A stretch of DNA of 64,000 nt from an uncultured Acidobacteriota bacterium (GTDB lineage Bacteria > Acidobacteriota > Thermoanaerobaculia > UBA5066 > Gp7-AA6): positions 25,070-89,069 of the forward strand of contig CAWGKP010000016.1 in assembly GCA_963823185.1 (NCBI GenBank), given 5' to 3'. Within the stretch, counting starts at the first letter, position 1. Every line of letters begins with the position of its first letter. The notes under the pieces are model-generated. The model saw nothing but the letters and a program-made list of their open reading frames with translations, was not told the DNA's origin and searched no databases. Positions 32,426-42,476 of the stretch are shown in pieces. The translations under genes were made by a program, and so were the position numbers.

Positions 32426-33079
32426 ATGAATCTCACGAAGCGGCAGAAGGAGATCCTGGACTTCATCCGGTCCTACCGGCTCGAACAGGGCATCTCTCCG
32501 ACGCAGCGCGAGATCCGCGAGCGCTTCGGTCTCTCCTCCTTCGGCACGGTGCAGAAGCACCTGAAGCGGCTGGAGGAGAAGGGAGCGCTGTCGCGGGAGT
32601 GGAACCGCAGCCGCGGGATCGCGCCGTCGGAGCCGGTCGGCTCGCGCGCCGTGGCGCTTCTCGGGCTCGTGGCCGCCGGGCGGCCGATCGAGCCGTTCCC
32701 GGACGAAGAAGCGATCGAGGTGCCGGCCTCGCTTCTCGGAAGGGGAGAGCACTTCGTTCTCCGCGTGCGGGGCGACTCGATGATCGAGGACGGCATCCGG
32801 GACGGCGACTTCGTGATCGTGGCGCGCCGGTCGCAGGCGCAGAACGGCCAGACCGTCGTGGCCCTGGTCCGGGGGGAGGCAACCCTCAAGCGCTACTACG
32901 GCGACGGGTCGCGCGTGCGGCTGCAGCCGGCCAATGCGTCGATGAAGGCCCTGACGTACGACGCCCACGACGTGACGGTGCAGGGCGTCGTGACCGGGCT
33001 GATGCGAAGCTATTCCGCCCCGGCCGGCCCCGCCGACCCCGCCGCGCGGGCCGCTCGCCCCGCGGCCCGGACGCGCTGA
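32426..33079 (+). CDS. lexA: LexA repressor
   Basis: N-terminal wHTH LTKRQKEILDFIRSY...GISPTQREI; S24 peptidase motifs ALLGLVAAG (Ala-Gly cleavage site), GDSM, and the catalytic Lys region. Confidence 0.9.
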   Translation: MNLTKRQKEILDFIRSYRLEQGISPTQREIRERFGLSSFGTVQKHLKRLEEKGALSREWNRSRGIAPSEPVGSRAVALLGLVAAGRPIEPFPDEEAIEVPASLLGRGEHFVLRVRGDSMIEDGIRDGDFVIVARRSQAQNGQTVVALVRGEATLKRYYGDGSRVRLQPANASMKALTYDAHDVTVQGVVTGLMRSYSAPAGPADPAARAARPAARTR

Positions 33080-33126
33080 GAGTCGCCGGTCCTTCGGCGA
33101 TGCTTGGTAAAATGCGCGTCGATTCA

Positions 33127-33202
33127 GGGCGACGTACCCAAGTGGTTAAGGGAGAGGTCTGCAAAACCTTTATTCGGCGGTTCGAATCCGCCCGTCGCCT
33201 CC
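33127..33202 (+). tRNA. tRNA-Cys (anticodon GCA)
   Basis: Acceptor GGCGACG/CGTCGCC, anticodon stem GAGGT/ACCTT with loop CTGCAAA, T-arm GGCGG-TTCGAAT-CCGCC, discriminator U, CCA encoded. Confidence 0.9.
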
Positions 33203-33288
33203 ACTTCGTCTTAGGCGTCCGGCGGTAGAGAACGGGGCCCTTCGCCGGGCGTTGCGGCGGCGGCCTCGCAGCGACAACGGGATGCCGC

Positions 33289-33379
33289 GCCGGAGTGGCG
33301 AAATTTTGGTAGACGCACGGGACTTAAAATCCCGAGGGCCGAAAGGCCCGTGCCGGTTCGAGTCCGGCCTCCGGCACCA
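33289..33379 (+). tRNA. tRNA-Leu (anticodon TAA), long variable arm
   Basis: Acceptor GCCGGAG/CTCCGGC, anticodon stem CGGGA/TCCCG with loop CTTAAAA, extra arm GGGCCGAAAGGCCC, T-arm GCCGG-TTCGAGT-CCGGC, CCA encoded. Confidence 0.85.
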
Positions 33380-33397
33380 GTTTTCGGGGAGGATGAC

Positions 33398-34114
33398 GTG
33401 AGCGGCGCGGTCTCGGAAACCGTCGGCAGCCTGCAGGAGCGGATCGGCTACACGTTTCGCGACCCCTCGCTCCTCGAGCGGGCGCTGACGCACCGGTCCT
33501 TCTCGAACGAGCAGCGGGACCTGCGGGCCCCGAACAACGAGCGGCTGGAGTTCCTGGGGGACACGGTCCTGGGCTTCGTCGTCGGGGATCTGATCTACCG
33601 CGCGTTCCCGAACCTGCAGGAGGGCGCGCTCTCGAAGATCAAGGCCCATCTCGTCTCGGCCACGACACTCGGGGCCAAGGCGCGCGATCTCTCGCTCGGC
33701 CGCTACCTGCGGATGGGTGCCGGCGAGGCTCGCTCGGGCGGCTCGGAGAAGCTGTCGCTCCTGGCGGATTCTTTCGAGGCGGTCGTCGCGGCGGTCTATC
33801 TGGACGGCGGCCTGGCGGCCGCGGAGGCCTTCGTGCGGCGCACGTTTACGCCGGACGTCGCGGGCATCGACGTCGGCGACCTGTCGTTCCACGACTACAA
33901 GACGGCGCTCCAGGAGACGGCGCAGAGCCTCGGGCTGCCGCTGCCGGATTACCGCGTCGTCGACGAATACGGGCCCGACCACGAGAAGTGCTTCGTCGTC
34001 GAGGTGTACTGGGACGGGGATCCGTTTGCCTACGGGAAGGGCTCCTCAAAGCGCGAGGCGCAGCGCAAGGCCGCCAAGGAAGCGCTGAAGAAGATGGGAC
34101 GCCTGCCAGCGTAA
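33398..34114 (+). CDS. rnc: Ribonuclease III
   Basis: RNase III signature ERLEFLGDTVLGFVVGDLIY and a C-terminal dsRBD (KDYKTALQE...GPDHEKCFVVEV). GTG start after GGGAGGA. The annotated ATG at 33350 would overlap tRNA-Leu. Confidence 0.85.
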   Translation: MSGAVSETVGSLQERIGYTFRDPSLLERALTHRSFSNEQRDLRAPNNERLEFLGDTVLGFVVGDLIYRAFPNLQEGALSKIKAHLVSATTLGAKARDLSLGRYLRMGAGEARSGGSEKLSLLADSFEAVVAAVYLDGGLAAAEAFVRRTFTPDVAGIDVGDLSFHDYKTALQETAQSLGLPLPDYRVVDEYGPDHEKCFVVEVYWDGDPFAYGKGSSKREAQRKAAKEALKKMGRLPA

Positions 34115-34301
34115 CCGTCGCTCGCTCCGTCGTTCGGGATCTGCGCTCTTCGTGCGCACCGGCGATCGGCTCGGCCAAAGGGCCTCGACCGCTCGCCTGA
34201 TCCCTCGCGACGTGCTCGCTCCCGCGGCGCGAGGCTCCTCCCTCGATTACCTCGGGAGACTCCTCGCGCCGCGAATCCGGAGAAGCGGCGGCTGATCTGG
34301 A

Positions 34302-36066
34302 CTACGGAGCCTTTGCGAGACGTTTGAGGAACTCGTCCGGTCCCTCGAATCCCACGAGGCGCAGCTCCTCCTGCTCGCGCCCCTGGGCGTCCAGAAAGAG
34401 GACCGTGGGGACGCCGAGGATCCGGTACTTGTCGGCCAGCGCGACGACCTCCGGCGCGGCCGTCCGCGTCATGTCGGCCTTCCAGAGGTCGCGCTGCGCG
34501 AGCGCCTCGCGCACCCGGGGATCGGAGAAGGTCTTCTCGTCGAGCTCGAGGCACGGGATGCACCAGGTCGCGGCGAAATCCACCACCGCGGCGCGTCCGC
34601 TCTTCGCGACGGTCTCGGCGGCGTAGGGCTTCCACGCCGGCGTGGAGGCCGCGGCCGCGCGTCGCGGAGCGAAGAAGGCCGCCGCCCCGATCATCAGGAC
34701 CACGGCCGCCACCCGCACGCCGGTCGCGAGCCCGCCGAGGCGCCGCCCGGCGAACGCGAGGAAGAGCGCTCCCGCCGCGAGCACGGCCGGCAGGAGCCAC
34801 GCGCCGAGCGGGGCCGGGAGGACGGTGCGCAGGAAGTACGCCGCCATCGCGAGCAGGACCCAGCCGAAGATCTTCTTGATGCCCTCCATCCACTCGCCGG
34901 CGCGCGGCAGGCGCGAGAGGCTGCCCGAGAAGGCGGCGAGGAAGAGGTAGGGCAGCCCGAGACCGAGCGAGAGCACGAAGAATACGAGGAAGCCGAACGC
35001 CGCGTCCTGGCGGGCGGCGACGAAGGCGAGGAGCGCGAGGACGACGGGTCCGATGCAGGGCGCGGCCACGACGCCGACGAGCAGCCCCATGCCGTACGCT
35101 CCCGCCGCTCCGGCGCGCGCGCCCGCCTTCTGCATCCACGACGACGGCATCCGGATCTCGAAAAGGCCGAACATCGAGAGCGCGAGCGCCACGAGGACGG
35201 CGGCGACGGCTGCGAGCACCCACGGCGACTGGAGAGCCGCGCCGAAGAGGCGTCCCGAGAGGGCGGCCGCGACGCCGAGCGCGGAGTACATCGTCGCCAT
35301 GCCGAGCACGTAGAGCGCCGCGAGGCCGAACGCGCGCCCGCCGCGCCCGGGCCCCTGGTTCTGTCCGCCGAAGAATCCGATCGTCAACGGAATCACCGGA
35401 TAGACGCACGGCGTGAGGTTCAGGAGAAGCCCCCAGCCGAACACGATGAGGAGCGCGCCGAGCAGTCCCTTTCGCTCGAGGAGCGCGCCGAAGTCGCTGC
35501 CCCCTCCGGGCGCCGGCGCGGCCGCGGGAGCGGACGATGCGCCCTGCGAAAGGGCCACGGCGCCGCCGGGCAGGTTTCCTGCGGCGGCTCCGGCCGACGG
35601 GGTCGACGCCGTCGCGCGGAACGCGGCCGACGCCGGCGGGTTGCACTGGCGGTCGTTGCAGGCCTGGTACTCGATCGTGCCCGAGATCTCCGGGGCCGTC
35701 GCCCCCGACCACGTGACCGGCACCTCGATCGAGAACTGTTTCTCGTAGACGGAGAGCGGCTTCTCGGAGAAGGCGAACTTCCGCAGAACGCCGTCCGGGT
35801 ATCGGGCCTCGCCGAACGAGATGCCGTCCGCGGGCACGAGCCGCGCCGCCGTCGGGATGAGGTATTCCTCGGAGGGCGCGTGGCTGTTGGCGTGCCAGCC
35901 CTCGGCGAGCGTCGCCTCGAGGCGGAGGGTGCCGCGCCCCGCGCCCTGGGTGTCGAGGCGCGCCCGGACGGTCAGCAGAGGCTCGGCCGCGTTGGCGATC
36001 GCCGCCGAGACGAGGAGCGCCAGGAGCGCGGTCGGTGCGATTGCGAGCCGGCGGCGGCCGGTCACT
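34302..36066 (-). CDS. dsbD: Thiol:disulfide interchange protein DsbD (N-terminal domain, TM core and C-terminal thioredoxin domain)
   Basis: Signal LAIAPTALLALLVSAAIA; TM core with NLTPCVYPVIPLT; C-terminal WCIPC thioredoxin motif. The listed 893-aa ORF has an artefactual R-rich N-terminus. Start taken at the GTG at 36066. Confidence 0.8.
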
Positions 36067-36973
36067 TCGCCTTTCCCTGCTGGAGCTTCTGGATCATCGC
36101 GTCGACGCCGCTGGCGTACTTCGACTGCGGGTGCTCTTTCAGAAAGGCCTGGAAGAGGGCGAGCGCCTCGGCCGGCTTGTCCTCCGAGAGGGGAATCTGG
36201 GCGCGGAAGAGCTCCGCGCGCTCGCGGCGGTCCGGATCCTTCGTCGTGGCGATCAGTTTCTCGATCGTCTGGCGCGAGGCCGCCGACTGTCCGAGATCGA
36301 GTTGCGCCGTCGCGGTGATCTCGAGGGCCTCTTCGCGCATCGCCGGTGTCGCGTCCGGCGCCTTGCCCACGCGCTCGAGGCGCGGCAGCGCCGCGCGGGA
36401 ATCGCGCGCCTGGAAGAGCTGCCGGCCCGTCGCGAGCGCCTCGGCGGCCGGGAGCGTCGCGACGTCCTGCGCATCGATCTTCTTCGAGAAGGCGCGGTAC
36501 GCGTCGAGGTCGTGATGGATGTGCCGGTAGAACTCGGGCGCGTTCTGGAATCCCTGCATGACGAAGACGAGCCGCCCCTCCGCCGTCACGACGAGGATCG
36601 ACGGCGCCTCGTCGATCTCGTAGCGGTGAGCGGTCGTCTTGCCGTCGAAAGAATCGAGACGCACCTTGACGGGGACCATGCCGATCAGGAGGGCCTCGAA
36701 GTCGAAGGCGGGGTAGAGCAGCGCGTCCATCCGCTGGCAGTTGCCGCACTCCTTGTCGTCGAGCTCGATGAAGACGAGCTTCTTGTCGCGGGCAGCACGG
36801 TCGCGCGCCGCGGCGATGTTGGGAGCCCAGTCGGCATTTCCCGGAGTGCGCACGACCGGCGTCCTCGTCGGCGCCGGCTGGGCCGCGAGGCCGGGGGCCA
36901 GGGCGACGGCGAGCGCCGACGTCAGCGCCGCGGCGGCAGACGTCCGGCGATTCGAAAAGAGAGGGGTCCGCAT
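36062..36973 (-). CDS. Periplasmic thioredoxin-fold protein (CGNC motif) with C-terminal TPR-like helical region
   Basis: Signal MRTPLFSNRRTSAAAALTSALAVALA; then LVFIELDDKECGNCQRMD; helical repeats toward the C-terminus. Adjacent to dsbD. Confidence 0.6.
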   Translation of the reverse strand: MRTPLFSNRRTSAAAALTSALAVALAPGLAAQPAPTRTPVVRTPGNADWAPNIAAARDRAARDKKLVFIELDDKECGNCQRMDALLYPAFDFEALLIGMVPVKVRLDSFDGKTTAHRYEIDEAPSILVVTAEGRLVFVMQGFQNAPEFYRHIHHDLDAYRAFSKKIDAQDVATLPAAEALATGRQLFQARDSRAALPRLERVGKAPDATPAMREEALEITATAQLDLGQSAASRQTIEKLIATTKDPDRRERAELFRAQIPLSEDKPAEALALFQAFLKEHPQSKYASGVDAMIQKLQQGKAK

Positions 36974-37060
36974 CCTGCCGCAAAACCCGCGGTCCGGCGC
37001 GCGAATTCCCGCGCGGTTGTTCGAGGGGTCGCTTTCAGCTAGACTTCCGCGCCCCGGCGC

Positions 37061-37136
<76 letters not shown>

Positions 37137-37227
37137 TGATGGAAAGCCGTCAGTCGTCGGTTTTCAGCCAGAAGGCCAAGGGTGTCGGGACGGAGAGCTG
37201 ACGAGCCGAGAGCTGATAACTTTCTCC

Positions 37228-37743
37228 ATGATCCTCAAAGTCGCCAAGCTCGGCGTGAAGACGCTGCGGCAGAAGTCCACGGCCGTCGACCCGGAGGCGG
37301 TCGCGCGGGGCGACTACGAGCCGTTCCTCTCGGACCTCGAGGACACGATGCGCGAGTACGACGGGACGGGGATCGCCGCGCCGCAGGTCTTCACGCCGCT
37401 GCGTGTGTTTCTGTACGAGGTCCATCCCGAGAAGCGCAAGCGCCAGGAGCCCGAGGTCCCGCTGACCGCCCTCTTCAACGCGACCTACGAGGGGGTGGGG
37501 CAGAAGCGCGAGGAGGACTCCGAGGGATGCCTGTCCGTTCCCTTCCTCTGGGGCGGTGCCGTGCCCCGATTCGAGACCATCCGCGTCCATGCGCTCGATC
37601 GCTCGGGCCGGCCGATCAGCTTCGAAGCGTCCGGGTACCACGCGCGGGTCCTGCAGCACGAGATCGACCACCTGGACGGCTTCGTGTACCTCGACCGGAT
37701 GAAGGACCTGAAGTCTCTCGCTTATACGGTGAATTTCGGGTAA
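37228..37743 (+). CDS. def: Peptide deformylase
   Basis: Motifs GIAAPQV, EGCLSVP and QHEIDHLDG. Confidence 0.85.
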   Translation: MILKVAKLGVKTLRQKSTAVDPEAVARGDYEPFLSDLEDTMREYDGTGIAAPQVFTPLRVFLYEVHPEKRKRQEPEVPLTALFNATYEGVGQKREEDSEGCLSVPFLWGGAVPRFETIRVHALDRSGRPISFEASGYHARVLQHEIDHLDGFVYLDRMKDLKSLAYTVNFG

Positions 37744-37888
37744 CCGTCGCCGTCGCTTGCTCGCGAATCTGCGCCTGCGGCGCACCGGCTCCCGCGGCGC
37801 GAGGCTCCTCCGCTCGGTTACCTCGCTGAGACTCCTCGCGCGGCGAGAAGAAAATGAGGGAGACGGGCGCCAGTATAAGATTGGGCCG

Positions 37889-38440
37889 ATGGCCTTCGGA
37901 AAGCCGAAGCTCCCGGCCTTCGACCCCAAGACGACCGGCGGCGGGGGAGGCACGGATTTTCTGACGACCCGGCTCGAGACCATGGTGGCCTGGGCGCGGA
38001 AGAACTCTCTCTGGCCGTTCCCCTTCGCCACCGCCTGCTGCGGCATCGAGTTCATGTCCGTCGCCGCGGCGCACTACGACATCTCCCGGTTCGGCTCCGA
38101 GGTCATCCGGTTCTCGCCGCGGCAGGCCGACCTCCTCATCGTGGCGGGCACGGTGACCGACAAGATGGCGCCGATCCTGCGGCGGATCTACGACGAGATG
38201 CCCGAGCCCAAGTGGGTCATCTCGATGGGCGTCTGCGCGTCGTCGGGCGGTTTCTACCGCGCCTACCACGTGACGCAGGGGATCGACGAGATCGTGCCGG
38301 TGGACGTGTACGTGCCGGGTTGCCCTCCGACGCCCGAGGAGCTCATCTACGCGATCATCGAGCTGCAGAAGAAGATCGCCTCGGGTGAGAAGTCCCGGGA
38401 CAGCCGCTCGGCCCGGTTCGCCGCGGAGCAGCCTTCGTGA
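37889..38440 (+). CDS. nuoB: NADH-quinone oxidoreductase subunit B
   Basis: CCGIEFM...GVCASSGG...GCPP cysteine ligands of cluster N2. Confidence 0.9.
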   Translation: MAFGKPKLPAFDPKTTGGGGGTDFLTTRLETMVAWARKNSLWPFPFATACCGIEFMSVAAAHYDISRFGSEVIRFSPRQADLLIVAGTVTDKMAPILRRIYDEMPEPKWVISMGVCASSGGFYRAYHVTQGIDEIVPVDVYVPGCPPTPEELIYAIIELQKKIASGEKSRDSRSARFAAEQPS

Positions 38441-40167
38441 GCACGGCGGCGGCGCCGGTTCTCTCGGCCGCGGCCGAGAAGCTGTCCGAACGCCTGGCGT
38501 CCTCGCCGCTCGGCGGCCGCGTCGCCGTCCAGGACCGGGACCTTCCGACAATCGAGGTTGCGCCGGCCGACTGGCTCGCGCTCGCGCGCTTCCTCCGCGA
38601 CGACCCCGAGTGCCGCTACGACCTCTTCCTGGACCTCGCGGGGGTCGACAACCTCCGGAGGCCGGGGGCGAAGACGCGCTTCGAGGCCGTCGCGCACCTG
38701 CACTCGCTCGCGCGCAACGAGCACGCGCGCGTCCGCGTGGCGCTGCCCGACGACGCCCAGCCCGAGCTCCCGAGCGTCGAGTCGATCTGGCCGGCGGCCA
38801 ACTGGTACGAACGCGAGGCCTACGACCTCTTCGGCTTCGATTTCACGGGCCACCCGAACCTCCACCGCCTTCTGTGCCACGACGCGTTCGTCGGGCACGC
38901 GCTGCGCAAGGACTATGCGCCCGGCCAGCGCTGGTTCTACGAGGAGAGCGATCTCCGGGTGCCGGAGTGGGCGAAGGAGACCGGCGAGCGCGCGGGCCAC
39001 TTCGAGACACAGACGCTGTCGATCGGGCCGTCGCATCCGGCCACACACGGGATCATCCATCTCCTCGCGCGGCTCGACGGCGAGAGGATCATCCGCGCCG
39101 AGACGATCATCGGCTATCTCCACCGCTGCTTCGAGAAGATGGCCGAGACGCATCACTGGAACCAGGTCATCCCGTACGCCGACCGCCTCAACTACGTCTC
39201 CGCGATGGTCAACGGCGTCGGCTACGTCCGCACCGTCGAGAAGATGCTCGGCGTCGAGATCCCGGAACGCGGGCAGCTCGTGCGCACGATCCTGTCGGAG
39301 TTCTCGCGCATCGTCGATCATGCGGTCTGCGTCGGCGCGAACCTCGTCGACATCGGCGCGCTGACGGCGTTCATCTACCTGTACCAGCCCCGCGAGAGCT
39401 TCTACAGCCTGATCGAGGCCTGCTGCGGCGCGCGCCTGACCGTCTCCTATGTGCGCGTCGGCGGGCTCGCGATCGACGTCCCCGACGATTTCGTGCCGCG
39501 CTGCCGGGAGCTCCTCGAGCTCATTCCGCGGTTCCTGGACGACGTCGAGCGGCTCGTGCGCAACAATCGCATCGTCCGCAACCGCCTCCAGGGCACCGGC
39601 GTCGTCACCAAGGAGCAGGCGATCGCGTGGGGGTTCACGGGCCCGATGCTCCGCGCCTCCGGCGTGCCGTACGACGTGCGCCGCGCGCGGCCCTACGACT
39701 TCTACGACAAGTTCGACTGGGACGTCCCGGTCGCGACCGACGGCGACAACTTCTCGCGCTACCTCGTGCGGATCGAGGAGATGCGGCAGTCGCTGAAGAT
39801 CATCCGCCAGGCCCTCGACATCTTCCCGTCGAAGGGCCCGGTCAACGCCGACGACTGGCGCGTCGTCCTGCCGCCCAAGGACGCCGTCTACCACGACATG
39901 GAATCGCTCATTTACCACTTCAAGCTCGTCATGGAGGGCATCCGCGTGCCGGCCGGCGAGCGCTACGAGTGGATCGAGGGCGTCAACGGCGAGCTCGGCT
40001 TCTACGCGGTCTCCGACGGCCGCGGCGGGCCCTACCGACTGAAGGTCCGGCCGCCGTGCTTTCCCAACATGGCGGCGTTCGAGAAGATGATCCTGGGCGG
40101 GACGGTCTCCGACATGATCGCGACGCTCGGGACGCTCAACGTCATCGCGGGAGAGCTCGACCGATGA
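38437..40167 (+). CDS. nuoCD: NADH-quinone oxidoreductase subunit C/D fusion
   Basis: NuoC-like N-terminus ([16 protein letters not shown]), then NuoD ([13 protein letters not shown]...RVGG...) in a single 576-aa ORF. Confidence 0.9.
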   Translation: MSTAAAPVLSAAAEKLSERLASSPLGGRVAVQDRDLPTIEVAPADWLALARFLRDDPECRYDLFLDLAGVDNLRRPGAKTRFEAVAHLHSLARNEHARVRVALPDDAQPELPSVESIWPAANWYEREAYDLFGFDFTGHPNLHRLLCHDAFVGHALRKDYAPGQRWFYEESDLRVPEWAKETGERAGHFETQTLSIGPSHPATHGIIHLLARLDGERIIRAETIIGYLHRCFEKMAETHHWNQVIPYADRLNYVSAMVNGVGYVRTVEKMLGVEIPERGQLVRTILSEFSRIVDHAVCVGANLVDIGALTAFIYLYQPRESFYSLIEACCGARLTVSYVRVGGLAIDVPDDFVPRCRELLELIPRFLDDVERLVRNNRIVRNRLQGTGVVTKEQAIAWGFTGPMLRASGVPYDVRRARPYDFYDKFDWDVPVATDGDNFSRYLVRIEEMRQSLKIIRQALDIFPSKGPVNADDWRVVLPPKDAVYHDMESLIYHFKLVMEGIRVPAGERYEWIEGVNGELGFYAVSDGRGGPYRLKVRPPCFPNMAAFEKMILGGTVSDMIATLGTLNVIAGELDR

Positions 40168-40877
40168 GCGGCGTCGTCGACGTCTCCCGCCAGTCTCCCG
40201 CGAAGCTGACGTTCTGGCAGCGCCTCTATCTGCCCGAGATCCTCCGCGGCATGGGCGTGACGCTGCGCCACCTCGTCCGGAACCTGACGGACATGAAGCG
40301 GATGCCGACGATCCTGTACCCGGAGCGCAAGCGCGACTACTCGGGGCGTTTCCGCGGCAAGCACATCCTGAAGACGCGCGAGGACGGCTCGTTGAAGTGC
40401 GTTGCCTGCTACATGTGCCAGCAGGCCTGCCCGGCCGAGTGCATCACGATCGTGGCCGGCGAGCATCCGAAGGTGGCGTACGAGAAATACCCCGTCGTCT
40501 TCGACATCGACATGCTCCGCTGCGTCTTCTGCGGCTTTTGCGTGGACGCCTGCCCGAAGGACGCGATCTGGATGACGCGCAACTACGAGCTGGCGTTCTT
40601 CTCGCGGGAGGAAGCGGTCTTCGGGATCGACAAGCTCATCGAGAAACCGGGTCTTCCGGTGAAGGACGGGTACGGCTACCGGCCGTACTATCCGGGCGAC
40701 GGGACCAATCCGCCGACCGACGCGTCGTCGGCTCCGGTGGTGCCGGGCGACGGCGAACGGTCGAAGCTGCGGGAGAAGGCGGCGTCTCTCGCCGACCGGT
40801 CCGCGGGTCCCGGGCCGCTCAACGCGCCGTCACAGGCGGAGAAGGCCGCGTCGGGACAGACGCCCGCGGCAGGATAG
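40164..40877 (+). CDS. nuoI: NADH-quinone oxidoreductase subunit I (2x[4Fe-4S]) with a Pro/Ala/Ser-rich C-terminal extension
   Basis: CVACYMCQQACP and CVFCGFCVDACP motifs. The ATGA start overlaps the nuoCD stop. Confidence 0.85.
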   Translation: MSGVVDVSRQSPAKLTFWQRLYLPEILRGMGVTLRHLVRNLTDMKRMPTILYPERKRDYSGRFRGKHILKTREDGSLKCVACYMCQQACPAECITIVAGEHPKVAYEKYPVVFDIDMLRCVFCGFCVDACPKDAIWMTRNYELAFFSREEAVFGIDKLIEKPGLPVKDGYGYRPYYPGDGTNPPTDASSAPVVPGDGERSKLREKAASLADRSAGPGPLNAPSQAEKAASGQTPAAG

Positions 40878-40889
40878 CCGGCTCGCCGG

Positions 40890-41888
40890 ATGGTTCGAGA
40901 TCTTCGCCGCGAATTCTCCGAGCGCCTTCGGTGGACCGGAGCGTACCTGCGCTCGTTCGATCCGGCGAAGGCGAGCTTCCGGGCCCGGTACTTCGCGGAC
41001 GAGGCGGTCGATCTCGACGCGATCGGCGACTTCAAGCTCGAGAGCTTCCCGGATTCGGGTCCGCGTCCCTGGCTCGACGAGCCGGACGCGCTCGACCGGA
41101 TCGATCGCCGCCTCGCGGCGGGCAAGCTGACGACGGGCGAGGCGGAGGTCTGCCGCGGCTGGGCGACGCGCGGGTTCGCCGTGCTCCCGCGTTTCTTCGA
41201 CGCCGCGCGCCTCGACGGCATCTGGTCGGCCTACGAGAAAGCCGTCGCCGAGGGGAGGCTCTCGCTCCAGCCGGAGCCCTTCCGCAATCCCGAGGATCCG
41301 CACCCGAGCCGGTCGCTCGACTCGCACCTGCTGATTCCGGAAGTCAACGCGCTTCTGCGCGACGAAGGCCTCCGGCGCTGGATGTCGCTCCTCTTCGGGC
41401 GCGAGGCCGTGCCGTACCAGACGCTCGTCTCGCACAAGGGGAGCGAGCAGAGCGAGCACTCCGACGCCGTCCACATGACGACGTACCCGGTCGGGTATCT
41501 CGCGGCGGCCTGGGTGGCCTTCGAGGACATCCACCCCGACTGCGGGCCCGTCGTCTATTACCCGGGAAGCCACCGCCTGCCGTACCTGTCGAGCCTGTCA
41601 CTCGGAATCTCGGCCGCCGAGTTCCGCGAGAAGGGATACGACGTCTACAACCAGCGCTACGAGCCCGCGATTCAGAAGCTCATCGCCGAGGAGGGTCTGC
41701 TGCGCGAGGCCTTCCTGCCGAAGAAGGGCGATGTCCTCGTGTGGCACGCGAACCTGATCCATGCGGGGTCGCCGCGGCGCAACATCAAGCTGTCGCGCAA
41801 GTCGGCCGTCCTCCACTTCTTCGCCCGCGGCGCGGTCTGCTACCACGACCTGGCGGGAGTCCGGACGCCGCTCGAGCGGCTGCGGTAG
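40890..41888 (+). CDS. Phytanoyl-CoA dioxygenase (PhyH) family Fe(II)/2-oxoglutarate-dependent oxygenase
   Basis: HxD...H facial triad context (SEHSDAVHM ... WHANLIHAGS). Confidence 0.7.
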   Translation: MVRDLRREFSERLRWTGAYLRSFDPAKASFRARYFADEAVDLDAIGDFKLESFPDSGPRPWLDEPDALDRIDRRLAAGKLTTGEAEVCRGWATRGFAVLPRFFDAARLDGIWSAYEKAVAEGRLSLQPEPFRNPEDPHPSRSLDSHLLIPEVNALLRDEGLRRWMSLLFGREAVPYQTLVSHKGSEQSEHSDAVHMTTYPVGYLAAAWVAFEDIHPDCGPVVYYPGSHRLPYLSSLSLGISAAEFREKGYDVYNQRYEPAIQKLIAEEGLLREAFLPKKGDVLVWHANLIHAGSPRRNIKLSRKSAVLHFFARGAVCYHDLAGVRTPLERLR

Positions 41889-41943
41889 GGATTCGTCCGC
41901 GCGGGCGAGCGCGCGGCGCGCGTCAGCTCAGCGCCTCAGCGCC

Positions 41944-42429
41944 TCAGTGCGCCGCGCGGGGCGGGATGGGCGGGTGGCCCTCGGTCTTGAACATCCCGTG
42001 GACGAGGCTCGCGATCTCGTCGTCGGGCGCGCCCTTCTGCTTGAGATCTCTCGCGAGGAGCGCCTCCTTGATGCAGATGCCACAGCCGGCGGCGTGATCG
42101 TCGGTGAAGCAGGTCAAGAGAGTCTTGTGGTGGAAGCGGGCGCTCTCGGCGCACTCGCAGAAGCAGTGCAGCCGGTCGAGCGTGGCGGGGATCTCGTGCG
42201 CGACGCGGTAGGCCGCCGGGGCGTCGGCCTCGTAGGTCGTCGAATCCGTGAAGCGTGACCCGTCGAGGATCGGCCGCCGCTCGAGACAGGTCTTGCAGTT
42301 GTTCTGCGCCGTCCCCGGCGTCGGCTTCTTCTTGACGTCGGACTGTGACTTGTCGGCGGCCGGTACGAAGGCTGCGGCCGCGGCCAGGAGGGCCGTCAGA
42401 AAGAGCGCGGCGCGCGGCGAGGGTCTCAT
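41944..42429 (-). CDS. Secreted PCYCGC-like cysteine-motif protein
   Basis: Signal peptide MRPSPRAALFLTALLAAAAAF; Cys cluster LHCFCECAES...HHKTLLTCF...HAAGCGICIK. Confidence 0.45.
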   Translation of the reverse strand: MRPSPRAALFLTALLAAAAAFVPAADKSQSDVKKKPTPGTAQNNCKTCLERRPILDGSRFTDSTTYEADAPAAYRVAHEIPATLDRLHCFCECAESARFHHKTLLTCFTDDHAAGCGICIKEALLARDLKQKGAPDDEIASLVHGMFKTEGHPPIPPRAAH

Positions 42430-42476
42430 CGGGTCGTCCGGGGCAACGCGGGAGGGGAGGGGAATCTTCCCGTTTC

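Noticed and set aside
34030-36983. Long minus ORFs whose N-termini extend over rnc and the thioredoxin-like gene (893-aa and 560-aa ORFs)
   Set aside because: Only the DsbD-coding part (34302..36066) is meaningful. The upstream extensions are artefactual.
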